Shown here piece by piece: positions 1 to 11,003 of a stretch of 64,000 nt of DNA. Location of the stretch: NCBI RefSeq assembly GCF_004010195.1, contig NC_057718.1:103153276-103217275 (forward strand), written 5' to 3'. The stretch is from Chiloscyllium plagiosum. Lineage: Eukaryota. Every line of letters starts with the position of its first letter. Within the stretch, counting starts at the first letter, position 1. The notes beneath the pieces were generated by a model that did no database searches, was not told where the DNA came from, and was given only the letters and a program-made list of their open reading frames with translations. Position numbers and translations under genes: made by a program.

Positions 1-210
1 CATTTATCTATAGTACTCTATGTTACTTTCTCCCCACCCCCCCCACCCTCCTCTCATTTATCTCTCTACCCTGCAGGCACCCTGCCTCTATTCCTGATGA
101 AGGGCTTTTGCCCGAAACGTCGATTTGATGCTGCCTAAACTGCTGTGCTTTTCCAGCACCACTCTAATCTAGAATCTGTTTCCAGCATCTGCAGTCCTTG
201 TTTTTACCTA
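1..210 (+). mobile_element. Penelope-like element 3' end (family A variant) with hammerhead motif
   Basis: C/T-rich stretch, then CTGATGAAGGGCTTTTGCCCGAAACGTC, then the family tail GATGCTGCC..TGCTGTGCTTTTCCAGCACCAC..TCCAGCATCTGCAG. The same module follows PLE ORF remnants at 3541-3660 and 7420-7620. Confidence 0.75.
94..121 (+). ncRNA. Minimal type-I hammerhead ribozyme motif
   Basis: CUGAUGA(A)-GGGC UUUU GCCC-GAAAC-GUC: conserved core, 4-bp stem II, and palindromic ACGU in place of helix III. Confidence 0.7.
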
Positions 211-589
211 ATAAGGTGAGGAGGCTTGGGTTCAAATTCCATCAGCTCCAGAGGTTTGTCATAACGTATTAGTACAGGTTTGATTAAAAATACCTGGAAA
301 ATATTTTAAATATTTCAAATCATACAGTAGAACAAAATCCCATCGACTCCCAATTCCATCTGCTTATAGTGCACTATGTCAGATAGGGTTTCCTTCTCGA
401 GCGCATCTAGAGGTTTAACTGAACTGCTCCATTCAGTCCATGGTCTGGAGATTTTAATAGTCTCTTCCTTGATTATTCACATAACTGAGCTTAAATTTTC
501 TTAGCTTCAAATACTTTGTTCAGGAATCTAATCATGAACATCTGGTATAGACTTGTCAAACTAATATCCTTACCCTGACGTTACCTACT

Positions 590-720
590 TTTAGAATAGA
601 ATCATCTTAATTGTCACATCGACTCAAAAGAATGCAGTAAAAAGTTTCTAATGTCGCCTCTCGGTGCAATCTTAGGTACAGGGTACCTCGGTATAGATAC
701 TTGAAGTGTTGTCACAGAAC
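590..720 (-). mobile_element. Probable Rex1-type LINE 3' end fragment
   Basis: Reverse complement resembles 40495-40645 and 57688-57958 (TACCTAAGAT..CTTTT.ACTG..GTGACAAT plus short tandem tail). Confidence 0.4.
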
Positions 721-1321
721 TGAAATAGCAAAATGAAAATTGACTAACATGGGAATACAGACTTTAAACAATTTAGAATGAAAATAAAAAGTGCCTTCAA
801 AGTACTCGTTATAGTCAGCAGGTTCTCTGAACTGAATCAGAAGCTTTGTAATCCATGTCTGTCTCCTGAACAAAACTTATTCTTGCTTCTTCTAAGCCAA
901 CACCAAACTGACAGTGTTCATTGCTTCATCTCTCCAATTGTAAATATCTCATAGCATAAACCAGTTCCCATTTCTACCCTGGGGCCCAATCACCTGTTCT
1001 CTTACACATACTGGTTTAAAATCAATGCTCCAGAAAAACTAATATATTTTCTGATTAAACACATCGTAAACATAGACCAAAATCTACATGTCACCTGGTT
1101 TGATGATTGTGCAACCTTGGTTTTTCGTATCCTTGTGAATTGTTCTGATGAGTGGAAGACGAAAATGTTTGATCCATGTATCTTTTTTTCAGGCATACTC
1201 AGGTGTGTCCTACCAAGCAGTTACTTGCACTAATATTATCCTGAATATTTGTTTCTAGAAGGTTTCCAACTGTCAAAGTTACACTGACATTAAACAAGGG
1301 CATAGTGTTTGCAAGTCAAGG

Positions 1322-2960
1322 ATACCCAGGAAGTGCATACCAAGGAAGTCAATCCGGGTGTTCCCAAACAGGAAACTCTGGATGAATCAGGACATACAGA
1401 ACCTGCTAAAAACCAGGTGTGAGGTCTTCAGATCAGGAGACCCACTCAAACATAAGGAATCCAAATATGACCTTCACAGAGCCATGAAGACAGCCAAGGA
1501 CCAATACCGATCCAAACTAGAGACCCAGACAGACACCCGGCGACTATAGCAAGGATTGAATGACATCACAGGTTCTAAAAAGAGACAGTACAAGATAGCA
1601 GACAATGACACATCCCTCCCAGCTCGTCTCAATGCCTTCTATGCTCGCTTTGAGCAGAATTTCGGCAGAGAGGTAACACCTATTCCGACATGTCCTGATG
1701 AATCTATCCCAACAGTCACTGCATCAGAGGTCAAATCACTTTTCCTTCATGTGAATCCAAGGAAAGTGATGGGACCAGATGGAGTACCAGGCCGTGCACT
1801 CAGAGCATGTGCAGATCAACTGGCAGAGGTCTTCTCGGACATCTTCAACCTCTCCTTGCAGCAGGCCACTGTCCCTGCCTGTTTCAGGAGGCTAACATCA
1901 TCCCTGTGCCTAAGGAGGCTCATGCAGCATGTCCCAATGACTACCGCCCAGTGGCCCTAACTTCGGTAGTCATGAAGGGCTTTGAAAGGCTGGTCATAGC
2001 ATTAATCAGCTCCAGCCTCCCCACTACTCTTGACCCACTCCAATTTGCCTATCAGACCAACAGATCCATGTCAGATGCCATATCACTTGCCCTTCACTCC
2101 TCCCTAGAACATCTTGACACCAAGAACAGCTACGTAAGAATCCTACTCATTGACCACAGTTCAGTCTTCAACACTATTATCCCCTCGAGACTGATTACTC
2201 AACTTAGTGATCTCAGACTAAGCCCCACTCTCTGCAACTGGATCCTCAGTTTCCTGACCCACAGGCCACAATCAGTGAAGACTGGGGACAATATTTCATC
2301 CTCACTAACATGCAACACTGGAGCCCCCCTGCTGTACTCTCTGTATACCCATGACTGTGTCACCAAATACCAGACTAATGCCATTTACAAGTTCGCTGAT
2401 GACATAGTCAATTGAATCTCAGATGTCGATGAAACAGACTACGGACGGGAGGTGGGAGACCTGGAAAAATAGAGCACTGAAAACAACCGAGCTCTCAATG
2501 CCGGCAAAACCAAGGAACTCATTATTGTCTTTCGGCAGGATGTTACTCATGCCCCCTACACATTAACAGCACAGAGGGGGAACGAATGGAGAATGTCAAG
2601 CTCCTGGGAGTGATCATCCACAACAAGCTTTCTTGGGCTCTTCATGTGGACGCTCTGGTTACAAAGGCCCAACAATATCTCTTCTTCCTCAGACAGAAGA
2701 GGAAATTTGGCATGCTGGCGAATATCCTTGCCAACTTTTAAAGGTGTGCCATCGAGAGCATTCTGTCTGGATGTATCACTACCTGGTATGGCAACTGTAC
2801 CATTCAAGATCAGGGATAGTTACAGAGAGTGGTGAACTCGGCCCAGACAATCACAAAGGCCAACCTCCCATCTATAGAATCTATTTACCAGGCCCACTGT
2901 CAAGGAAAGGCCGCCAGCATTCTCAAAGATCCATCCCACCCTGGCAATGTTCTTCTACAA
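1322..2960 (+). mobile_element. Rex1/Babar non-LTR retrotransposon, 5'-truncated, frameshifted RT
   Basis: ORFs 1358-1549, 1556-1960 and 1807-2415 give LNAFYARF, GPDGVPGRALRACADQLAEVFSDIFNLSL, NDYRPVALTSVVMKGFERLV, LDPLQFAY, LCNWILSFLTHRPQSV and KFADD, all typical of Rex1. Stops and frameshifts are present. Confidence 0.9.
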
Positions 2961-3112
2961 CCTGGCCTTTACTCTGCTGTTAGCACCTAATCTGTATCTT
3001 TGCTTTGTTGCTTCTGTATACCACTAGTACTCCTTTACATTCTCTTCTATTCCATCTGTGATCTCTAATCTCCCTCACCATTTAACTTTTCCTGACCTTT
3101 CCTTCTCTACCT

Positions 3113-3808
3113 AGGAGAGAGTGAGGACTGCAGATGCTGGAGAGTCAGTGTCGAAAAGTGTGGTGCTGGAAAAGCACAGCAGGTCAGTCTGCATCTGAGG
3201 AGCAGGAGAGTCAATGTTTCAGTCATAAGCCCTTCATCAGGAATGTGGGGGGAGGGGACTGAGAGATAAAGAGGAGGGTGGGAGTGGGGCTGGGGGGGAA
3301 GGTAGCTGGGAAAACAATAGGTAGATGCAGGTGGGAGGTGATGATGATAGGTCGGAGGGGAGGGTATGTCAGATAGGACAGATAGGACAGGTCAAGAGAG
3401 CGGTGCCAAGATGGAGGGTTGGATCTGGGATGAGGTGGGGGGAGGGGAGATGAGGAAACTGGTGAACTTGACATTGACCCCGTGTGGTTGGAGGGTCACA
3501 AGGCAGAAAATGAGGCGTTCTTCCTCCAGGCGTCGGGGGCAAATCCTGGGTCTCCTCCACCACCAAATCCAAGCCATCCGATGCCTAGAGGAAGAACATG
3601 TCATATTCTGCCTTGGGACCCTCCAACCACACGAAATCAATGTCAAGTTCACCAGTTTCCTCATCTCCCCTTCCCACATCTTATCCCAGATCCAACTCTC
3701 CAACATACCCCACATTCCTGATTCAGGCCTATGCCTGAAACGTCGACCCTCCTGCTCCTCGGATGTTGCCTGAACTGTTGTGCTTTTCCAGCACCACACT
3801 TTTCGACT
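3113..3808. mobile_element. Penelope-like (Neptune-type) inverted pair, family A, inserted as one unit
   Basis: Minus copy 3113-3540 (RRLEEERLIFCLVTLQPHGVNVKF) abuts plus copy 3541-3808 (CLEEEHVIFCLGTLQPHEINVKF), matching a GIY-YIG endonuclease C-terminus. Both carry hammerhead motifs. 13/15 direct repeats flank it (3097-3111, 3809-3823). Confidence 0.8.
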
Positions 3809-3839
3809 CTTCCCTTCTGTACCATCTGACACCTCCACC

Positions 3840-4020
3840 CTTTATCAACAGCATAAAACCCACCTCACGTCCACCTCTCTCCAGTTCTGAAGAAATATCA
3901 CACCCAGATTCAAAACGTTAACTCTGCTTTCTCTCTCCACAGATGCTGGCAGACCTGCTGAGTTTCTTCTGCTGCTCCTGTGTCTATTTCAAATCTTCGG
4001 CATCGATGGCATTTTGCCTT
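3840..4020 (+). mobile_element. Penelope-like 3' end, family B
   Basis: AGTTCTGAAGAA..AAACGTTAACTCTGCTTTCTCTCCACAGATGCTGGCAGACCTGCTGAGTTT; the same tail follows the PLE ORF at 55730-55920. Confidence 0.65.
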
Positions 4021-4864
4021 TTGCAACAGTTTTGAGTGATGTTCTTGAGGTGGAAACATACTGTCTTAGCAAGGCCTTGAATATCCAGTCAGAAGCTCAT
4101 CTCTGGGTCAAATATGACGCTAATCCTGTGACCCAGTGTAAAAGCCGCCTGTGCCTCTCAATTTTGACACTGCACTGATACGTTTATTTTAACGAAACGG
4201 CCAAAGCAATTTGCTATAATTGCATTTTAGCTGATCTCTTCCTTGTTTGAATGGGACTGTATCTATATTCTCCTGTTTATTTAGAATGTGGGTTTAATTA
4301 ACTGATTATAGACAATGGTGATTTTTTTTGTATATTTGACAGAATCAGAAATCACGAAAGATTGGCTCAGTGGCTCCTGGAATTGTGCTGAAAAATAATT
4401 GATCAAACTGCTTACAAATTCCTCTTTCCACTCATAAATTACACACTGAGACTTCACACATGGTAATTGCCTGACCTTTACTGCTAAGAGACTAGCTAAT
4501 TAAAGCTGTACGCCTGCACTCGGTGTTTTTTTTTTATGTGAACTATGAAATTTAGCGATAATTATGCAGTGGGATTGCACTGTTAATATCTTTACAATGG
4601 AGAAGAGTGAAATGGTTGTTAATCGAAAGCTGTGATTTCAAACACTGTAGCTCTTCAATGACACACAGGAAACTGATTTCATTTTTAATGGAGTAGGTTA
4701 TGTCGTTAGAATAAAGTAGTCTCTTTTTTTGAAGTGAAATGTACCAGGTTATATTAGGCAATCAAACTAAGTCGTAGGAGCACTGTAATTAATCTGGTGC
4801 GAGAGATGGAGAATCTGAGACTGTGTTTTCTGAACCTGACCACTCTCCATTACTGTGTGAGAAC

Positions 4865-5440
4865 CAGGCTATTCAGCCCTGTGCGCTGCACCCCCGTTCT
4901 ATACGATCATGGCTGATCTAGTTTCTGCTTCAACTCCACTTTCCTACCTGCTCTCCATAACCCTCCAACCCATTACAATTTTAAAAACCTGGAGGAAAGG
5001 AGGACTGCAGATGCTGGAGATCAGAGTCGAGAGTGTGGTGCTGGAAAAGCACAGCAGGTCAGACAACATCCGAGGAGCAGGAGAGTCGATGCTTTGGGCA
5101 TGAGCCCTTCATCAGGAATCCTGATGAATGGATTCTGCCTGAAATGTCGATTCTGCTGCTCTTTGGATGCTGCCTGACCTGCTGTGCTTTTCCAGCACCA
5201 CACTCTCAACAATTTAAAAAAACCTGTCTACCTCCTCCTTAAAGTTACTCAATGTCCCAGCATCCACCGCACTCTGGGGTAATGAATTTAACAGATTCAC
5301 CACCCTTTGAGAGACGTGATTCCTCCTCATCTCTGTTTTAAACCTGCTACCCCTTATCCTACAACAATGACCTCTCATTCTAGATTGCCTCACATGAGGA
5401 AACATCCTCGTTTCATCGACATTATCAATCCCCTTGAGCA
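4865..5440 (-). mobile_element. CR1 LINE 3' fragment, interrupted by a PLE cassette
   Basis: ORF 5214-5441(-) SRMRGHCCRIRGSRFKTEMRRNHVSQRVVNLLNSLPQSAVDA matches the CR1 ORF2 C-terminus. Confidence 0.85.
4992..5208. mobile_element. Fold-back PLE family A cassette with two head-to-head degenerate hammerheads
   Basis: Inverted arms centred near 5117 (TTCATCAGGAATCCTGATGAA); imperfect TSD ACAATTTTAAAAACCTG 4975-4991 / ACAATTTAAAAAAACCTG 5209-5226. Confidence 0.8.
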
Positions 5441-5999
5441 TCGTATACCCCTATGTTGACAGAGAGCGTTTGCATGTTGTGAGGTTGCGTCTTCCTGGCT
5501 GAAGGGTCTGGACTGAGGTGTTGTGGTCTCAGAGTGAAGGTGTCAGTCATTTCAGACTGAGGCCGGGGAAGTGTTCTGCCTTGTAGGGTTGAGCATCGTT
5601 GGGGCTCACTCAGTCCCACTGCACTGTTGCCTTTCACACAGGAGGTTGTGGGTTCAGGTCTCACTGCAAGGGTCTGGGCACAGCACTGAGCTCTGGATTG
5701 TGGTTCCAGAGTCAGGTTCTCAAAGACAGGAGGAACCTACAGCTTTACCAATGTGACTTTACAAAGGACAGGGGTTGGAGAAGGAGAGCTGTGTAGACCG
5801 GTTATGGGTAAAATTTACGAAGGGGATCCAACCTTGTGGTGGTGAGTAAGTTAAACATAAAATAAGCCATGAAGCATCTCCCCAGCCCTCATCCTTTACC
5901 ACTCTCTCATACACCCCCCACTCCCAAAAAAACATAGAATGCCTCATCCACATAGACCCATGTCATCTCATTCCCGAAACAAACCCTCTTGGCCCCATC

Positions 6000-6330
6000 T
6001 TTTTTTATTCATTCACAAAATGCAGCTGTCACAGGCTATCTCAGCATTTATTGCCCATCCCTAATTGCCCAGAGGGTTATTGAGAGTCCACCCCATTGCT
6101 GTGAGTCTGGAGTCACCAGACCAAGTAAGGATGGCAGTTTCCTTCCCTAAAGGGTATTAGTGAACTGGATGGGGTTTACTTACAATCGACAATGATTTCA
6201 TCGTCATCATTAGACTCTTAACTCCAGACTTCAATTGAATTCCATCTGCTGTGGCAGGATATGAACCCAGGTCCCCAGGACATTACCTGGATTAATAGCC
6301 TATGGATAGTAGCACTGGGCTGTCACCTCA
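6000..6330 (-). mobile_element. tRNA-derived SINE sharing its 3' tail with the CR1/L2-type LINE
   Basis: Reverse complement of the family at 20970, 27578 and 60915; tail GGGCAATTAGGGATGGGCAATAAATGCTG is shared with the LINE end at 47430-47460. Confidence 0.75.
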
Positions 6331-6377
6331 CTGAAGCTGATGGACTCCCTTGAGGCAACCTATTGGTCACTTAATGG

Positions 6378-6675
6378 TTAGATTCCCTACAGTGTAGAAA
6401 CAGGCCCTTCGGCCCAACAAGTCCACACTGACCTTCTGAAGAGAAACCCACCCCCCTCTGACTAATGCACCTAACACTATGGACAATTTAGCATGACCAA
6501 TTCACCCAGCCTGCACATCCTTGGACTGTCAGAGAAAACCATAGCACCCGAAGGAAACCCACGCGCACAATGGGGGGAATGTGCAAACTCCACACAGACA
6601 GTAGGCCAAGGCTGGAATTGAAGCAGGGACCCTGGTACTATGAGGCAGCAGTGCTAACCACTGAGCCACCGTGCT
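6378..6675 (-). mobile_element. HE1-like V-SINE
   Basis: Reverse complement of GCACGGTGGCTCAGTGGTTAGCACTGCTGCCTCA (A box), B box, V-domain TGTGTGGAGTTTGCACATTC and CR1-like tail GGGCCGAAGGGCCTGTTTC. Confidence 0.85.
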
Positions 6676-6902
6676 AACTCCCCATGCCAAGCTGCTTTCC
6701 TCTACCAATCCCATAGCCCTTTTGCCTCCACGTTAACATAGTGCCACCCCATGCCCTCACACTTTCTTCCCTTACACACATGGCCTTGTGGTATCTTTGC
6801 TAGATTGTTAATCCCAAAATCCAGGGAACTTTCTGGGGACACAGGATGATATCCTGCCATGGCAGTTGGTGAAATTTGAAATTAATAATTAACCTGGAAT
6901 TA

Positions 6903-7390
6903 AGAAGGATGTGGAAGCTTTGGAAAGGGTGCAGAGGAGATTTACTAGGATGTTGCCTGGTATGGAAGGAATGTCTTATAAGGAAAGGCTGAGGGCCTTG
7001 AGTCTGTTCTCGTTAGAGAGAAGAAGGTTGAAAGGTGACTTAATAGAGACATACAAGATAATCAGAGGGTTAAATAGGGTGGACAGGGAGAGCCATTTTC
7101 CAAGTATGGGGATGGCAAACACGAGGGGACACAACATTAAAGTGAGGGGAGATAGACATAAGACAGATGTCAGAGGTAGTTTCTTTACTCAGAGAGTAGT
7201 AAGGGTATGAAATGCTTTGCCTGCAACGGTAGTAGATTCATCAAATTTAAGTATATTTAAGTCGTCATTGGACAGGCATATGGACATACATGGAATAGTG
7301 TAGGTGGGATGGGCTTCAGATTAGTATGACAGGGCGGCACAACATCGAGGGCCGAAGGGCCTGTACTGTGCTGTAATGTTCTATGTTCTA
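6903..7390 (+). mobile_element. CR1 LINE 3' fragment
   Basis: ORF 6911-7210 ALERVQRRFTRMLPGMEGMSYKERL..TRGHNIKV..FFTQRVV; 3' tail GGGCCGAAGGGCCTG..(TTCTATG)n. Confidence 0.9.
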
Positions 7391-7621
7391 TAAGAGCTGA
7401 AAATGTGCTGCTGGAACAGCGTATCATCTGCCGTCATTTCTGCCACCTCCAAACGGACCCCACCACCAAGGATATATTTCCCTCCCCTCCCCTATCAGCG
7501 TTCCGTAAAGACCACTCCCTCCGTGACTCCCTCGTCAGATCCACACCCCCCACCAACCCAACCTCCACTCCCCGCACCTTCCCCTGCAACCGCAGGAGGT
7601 GCAAGACTGGCGCCCACACCT

Positions 7622-7797
7622 NNNNNNNNNNNNNNNNNNNNNNNNNNNNNNNNNNNNNNNNNNNNNNNNNNNNNNNNNNNNNNNNNNNNNNNNNNNNNNN
7701 NNNNNNNNNNNNNNNNNNNNNNNNNNNNNNNNNNNNNNNNNNNNNNNNNNNNNNNNNNNNNNNNNNNNNNNNNNNNNNNNNNNNNNNNNNNNNNNNN
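7622..7797. other. Assembly gap (176 N)
   Basis: Run of N. Confidence 1.
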
Positions 7798-7969
7798 CAG
7801 CACCGCCTTCCTCACCTGCAATCTTCTTCCTGACCTCTCCGCCCCCACCCCAGTCTGACCTATCACCCTCACCTTGACCTCTTTCCACCTATCGCATTTC
7901 CAACGTCCCTCCCCCAAGTCCCTCCTCCCTACCTTTTATGTTAGCCTGCTGGACACACTTCCCTCATTC

Positions 7970-7997
7970 CTGAAGAAGGGCTTATGCCCGAAACGTC
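7970..7997 (+). ncRNA. Minimal hammerhead ribozyme motif
   Basis: CUGAAGA(A)-GGGC UUAU GCCC-GAAAC-GUC. Confidence 0.7.
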
Positions 7998-8860
7998 GAT
8001 TCTCCTGTTCCCTAGATGCTGCCTGACCTGCTGCGCTGTTCCAGCAACACATTTTCATCTCTGATCTCCAGCATCTGCAGACCTCACTTTCTCCTCTATG
8101 TTCTATAAGAGTCTAGTGATGACCACGAATCCATTGCTGATTGTTGGGAAAACCCACATGGTTCACTCATGTCCTTCAGGGAAGGAAACTGCCATCCTTA
8201 CCTGGTCTGGCTTACATACAACTCCAGACCCACAGCAATGAGGTTGACTCTCAACTGTCTTTTGGGTTATCAATGAAGGGCAGTAAATTCTGGTTCAGCC
8301 TGCGATCCCATATCCTGTGAAAGAATTAAAAAATACCATGACAACTCACCAAGTATCCAGGGCAGGCAGACTAATCCCAAGCAGAGATTAAGGAAAATAA
8401 AGTTCAAAGGGGCTGAATCGCATGTTTTGTTGACTCCATGTGATTTGTGTCAAGTGTTTTGGAGGGATTCGCACCACTGGCCCTCACCCCTGAAGTCATC
8501 CCTCCCACCTGAACCTATCCTCAGTGTAGCATGTACAATTTGCTGAATAACTTATCACTCATTGGGTTGGAAGGTGCTCCTCATTTCCTGGGCAGACAGC
8601 CGTGGACAAAGGCTATCACCTTGACTTGACAACCAGGACGAAGCGCCCTCTGCGCCAATGAGCAAGGCAAGGGAAAGCTGGGAGCTCAGAGGGAGTGAAG
8701 AGCCCAAATGGGATGCAGCCTGGTGCAGTCCATCAGCTGGGAGTGTGTTCCTGAGCAGGCAGTGTCTGTACTGTAGTGTTACAGTGAGAGTTACCGGGCA
8801 GCCTGAGATGCAGCATTGAAGCGCAGAAGCATCCTGTCAGTGGATCAGCAACATGGCATT

Positions 8861-9170
8861 GGGGGGCACAGTGGCTCATTGGTTAGTACTGCTGCCTTAC
8901 AGCACCAACGACCCAGGTTTGATTCCAGCCTTGGGTGACTGTATGGAGTTTGTACATTCTCCCCGTATCTGCATGTGTTTCCTCCGGGTGCTCCAGTTTT
9001 ATCCTACAGTCCAAAGGTGAGCTGGTTAGGTGGATTAGCCATGGGAAATGTCGGATTATAGGGACACAGTTGGGGATTTAGGTTTTCTGGGATGCTCTTT
9101 TGAGGGTCAGTTTGGATTCAATGGGCTGAAGGGTTGGCTTCCATATTGTACTGATTCATTGATTCTATGT
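8861..9170 (+). mobile_element. HE1-like V-SINE
   Basis: GGCACAGTGGCTCATTGGTTAG..GGTTTGATTCC..TATGGAGTTTGTACATTCTCCCCG..GGGCTGAAGGG tail. Confidence 0.85.
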
Positions 9171-9719
9171 ATCAGGAGGGTTTGTGGAGGCTGGCATTTG
9201 TCAGATGCCAATTTCCATGGATGTTGAGTGTGTGTAACTGATGTTGATGGAGAATGCCCTGAGATGTTGGTGCTCAGTGTCCAACATGGCCATCCTTTGG
9301 AGCAGGCAGTGAGCTGCAGGTGCTCGGCACCCTCTCTGACTTCCATGTTGAGAACTCTCAATGCTTAATGTGTTTGGCATTTTTGGTAAAATGGGAATAT
9401 TAATGAGGTAACTTGCGTCATTTACAAGACATTTTAATAAGCAATCATTCTCCATCATTGTCACCTCATCACTGTGTAGTGAGAACTACATCTCGCTGCT
9501 CAGGGAAAGAATAATGGATGGAGTGAGATACTCCTGACCTTGAGAAGGGCCTCACTGGAGTTCCATCTGATTCTGCCTCTGATCTCACTGTCACCCACCT
9601 CACTCAGATTCCTGTAAGATTTCACTCTATGTATCCATCATAGACTTCACTAGATTGGAAAAGAAATCACTGATTTATAAAAACATTCTTCCAACTAACT
9701 GAAGCCTTATAACAAGAAA

Positions 9720-10260
9720 CATTTTGTTGAAGCTTCTCATCTTGCACTCATCAGGACAGTTTGCAAGAATAACAATTCAAGGAGTAAACCAACTTTTGTA
9801 CAAAATGAGAGGATAGTGCTGATTGGTTGGTAAGTGTGCTGTAATTGATAGAGGTGTGGTAGACACATTTAAGATGCGTCTGGACAGATGCATGAGTAGG
9901 TGGGGAGCAGAGGGATACAGATGCTTAGGAATTGACCGACAGGTTTAGACAGTACATTTGGATCGGCTCAGGCTTGAAGGGCCGAAGGGCCTGTTCCTGG
10001 GCTGTAAATTTTCTTTGTTCTTTGTTCTTTGTGTTGTTGTGGAGAATGTACCATTAATGTCATTTGACAGCTAACTGCCACTTTGTTTTAAATTTTAACC
10101 AGGCAGCTTGATTCTGATTGCCCTGAGAAGTGACCCAAGTGAATACTTTGTTGAGTTGTAACAGATGGAATGTGTGTCCATGTTCTTTCTGTTTGCAAAG
10201 AACAGGGTGTTTTGCTTTGATTTGCATAGCTTCCAGTACATGCAAGACCATCAAGCTGCG
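9720..10260 (-). mobile_element. Penelope/Poseidon-like element 3' end (family D), interrupted by CR1
   Basis: ORF 10060-10254(-) LHVLEAMQIKAKHPVLCKQKEH resembles a GIY-YIG C-terminus. Minus-strand GTCCTGATGAGTGCAAGA..AAGCTTC is hammerhead-like. A paralogue lies at 44450-44830. Confidence 0.7.
9857..10031 (+). mobile_element. CR1 extreme 3' end
   Basis: ACATTTAAGATGCGTCTGGACAG..GGGCCGAAGGGCCTGTTCCTG..(TTCTTTG)3 tail; the flanks rejoin as in the uninterrupted paralogue at 44575-44600. Confidence 0.85.
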
Positions 10261-10369
10261 AAGCTAAATAGCTACTGGGATTAACATACATTCATGCCCA
10301 CATTGAACCATTCCAAATGGTAGCTGGCAGGACTTGCAATGTCCAAGCTTGTTTTTTGGAGTTTGTAGT

Positions 10370-10810
10370 CTGACACCATGGTACAATACTGAGGGAGAGC
10401 TGCACTGTAGCTAGCACTGTCTTCCACACGAGAAAGTAAGCTGAGACATTGCCTGTTCTTTCACATGAATATAAATAAACTATTTACAAGAAAAGCAAGT
10501 GTTTGTCTAAAACATCCTGGTGTAACATTTGTCCATAAATCATAAGTATAAAAATGTGTCAAACAAAAACCTGAAATTGCTGGAGGAACTCAGCAGGTCT
10601 GGCAGCGTCTGTGGAGAGGGAAACAGAATTAACATTTCAAGTCTGGTATGACTCTTCTTAAGATGAAAAGCAAATCAACTGGTCACGCACATGCTGCCAT
10701 TTGTGGAAGTTTGCCATGTACAAATATGCTGTGTCCTACATGACAGCAGTGAATACACTTTGAAAATGGACACCTTTGGCTGCATAGTGCTACAGATGTT
10801 CTAAGGTTAT
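10370..10810 (+). mobile_element. Degenerate Deu-domain (SacSINE1-like) SINE with a family-B PLE end inserted (about 10560-10665, minus)
   Basis: CTGACAC..ATACTGAGGGAGAGCTGCACTGT head and a tail similar to 14840-15377; the internal segment is the reverse complement of the family B tail. Confidence 0.55.
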
Positions 10811-10869
10811 CAGAGAGTCATGGATTCTCAAATCAATGAGTGTACACGAGACTGAGATTGAAGCAGGCT

Positions 10870-11003
10870 ATTTTGCAGAAGGGTCACTGGTCTCGAAACA
10901 TTAACTCTGTTCCTCTCTCCACAGATACTGCCAGCCTGGCTGAGCTTTTCCAGCAATTTCTATTTCTGTTTCAGATTTCCAGCATCCACAGTTCTTTGTT
11001 TTA
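10870..11003 (+). mobile_element. Penelope-like 3' end, family B
   Basis: AGAAGGGTCACTGGTCTCGAAACATTAACTCTG..CTCTCCACAGATACTGCCAG..TTTCCAGCATCCACAG. Confidence 0.7.

Larger units (their letters stand above)
7397..8094 (+). mobile_element. Penelope-like (Neptune-type) element, 5'-truncated, with a short inverted 5' arm; spans an N gap
   Basis: ORF 7405: IFPSPPLSAFRKDHSLRDSLVRS..TFPCNRRRCKT (Cys-rich linker before GIY-YIG). Hammerhead at 7970-7997. The 5' end GAGCTGAAAATGTG.TGCTGGAACAGCG is an inverted copy of 8034-8061. 17-bp TSD at 7380-7396 / 8095-8111. Confidence 0.85.
6780..8335 (+). mobile_element. tRNA-derived SINE split into 6780-6905 and 8106-8335 by nested CR1 and PLE insertions
   Basis: CTGGAATTAAGA rejoins to GTCTAGTGATGACC and continues as in the copies at 20970 and 60915. 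Confidence 0.75.
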
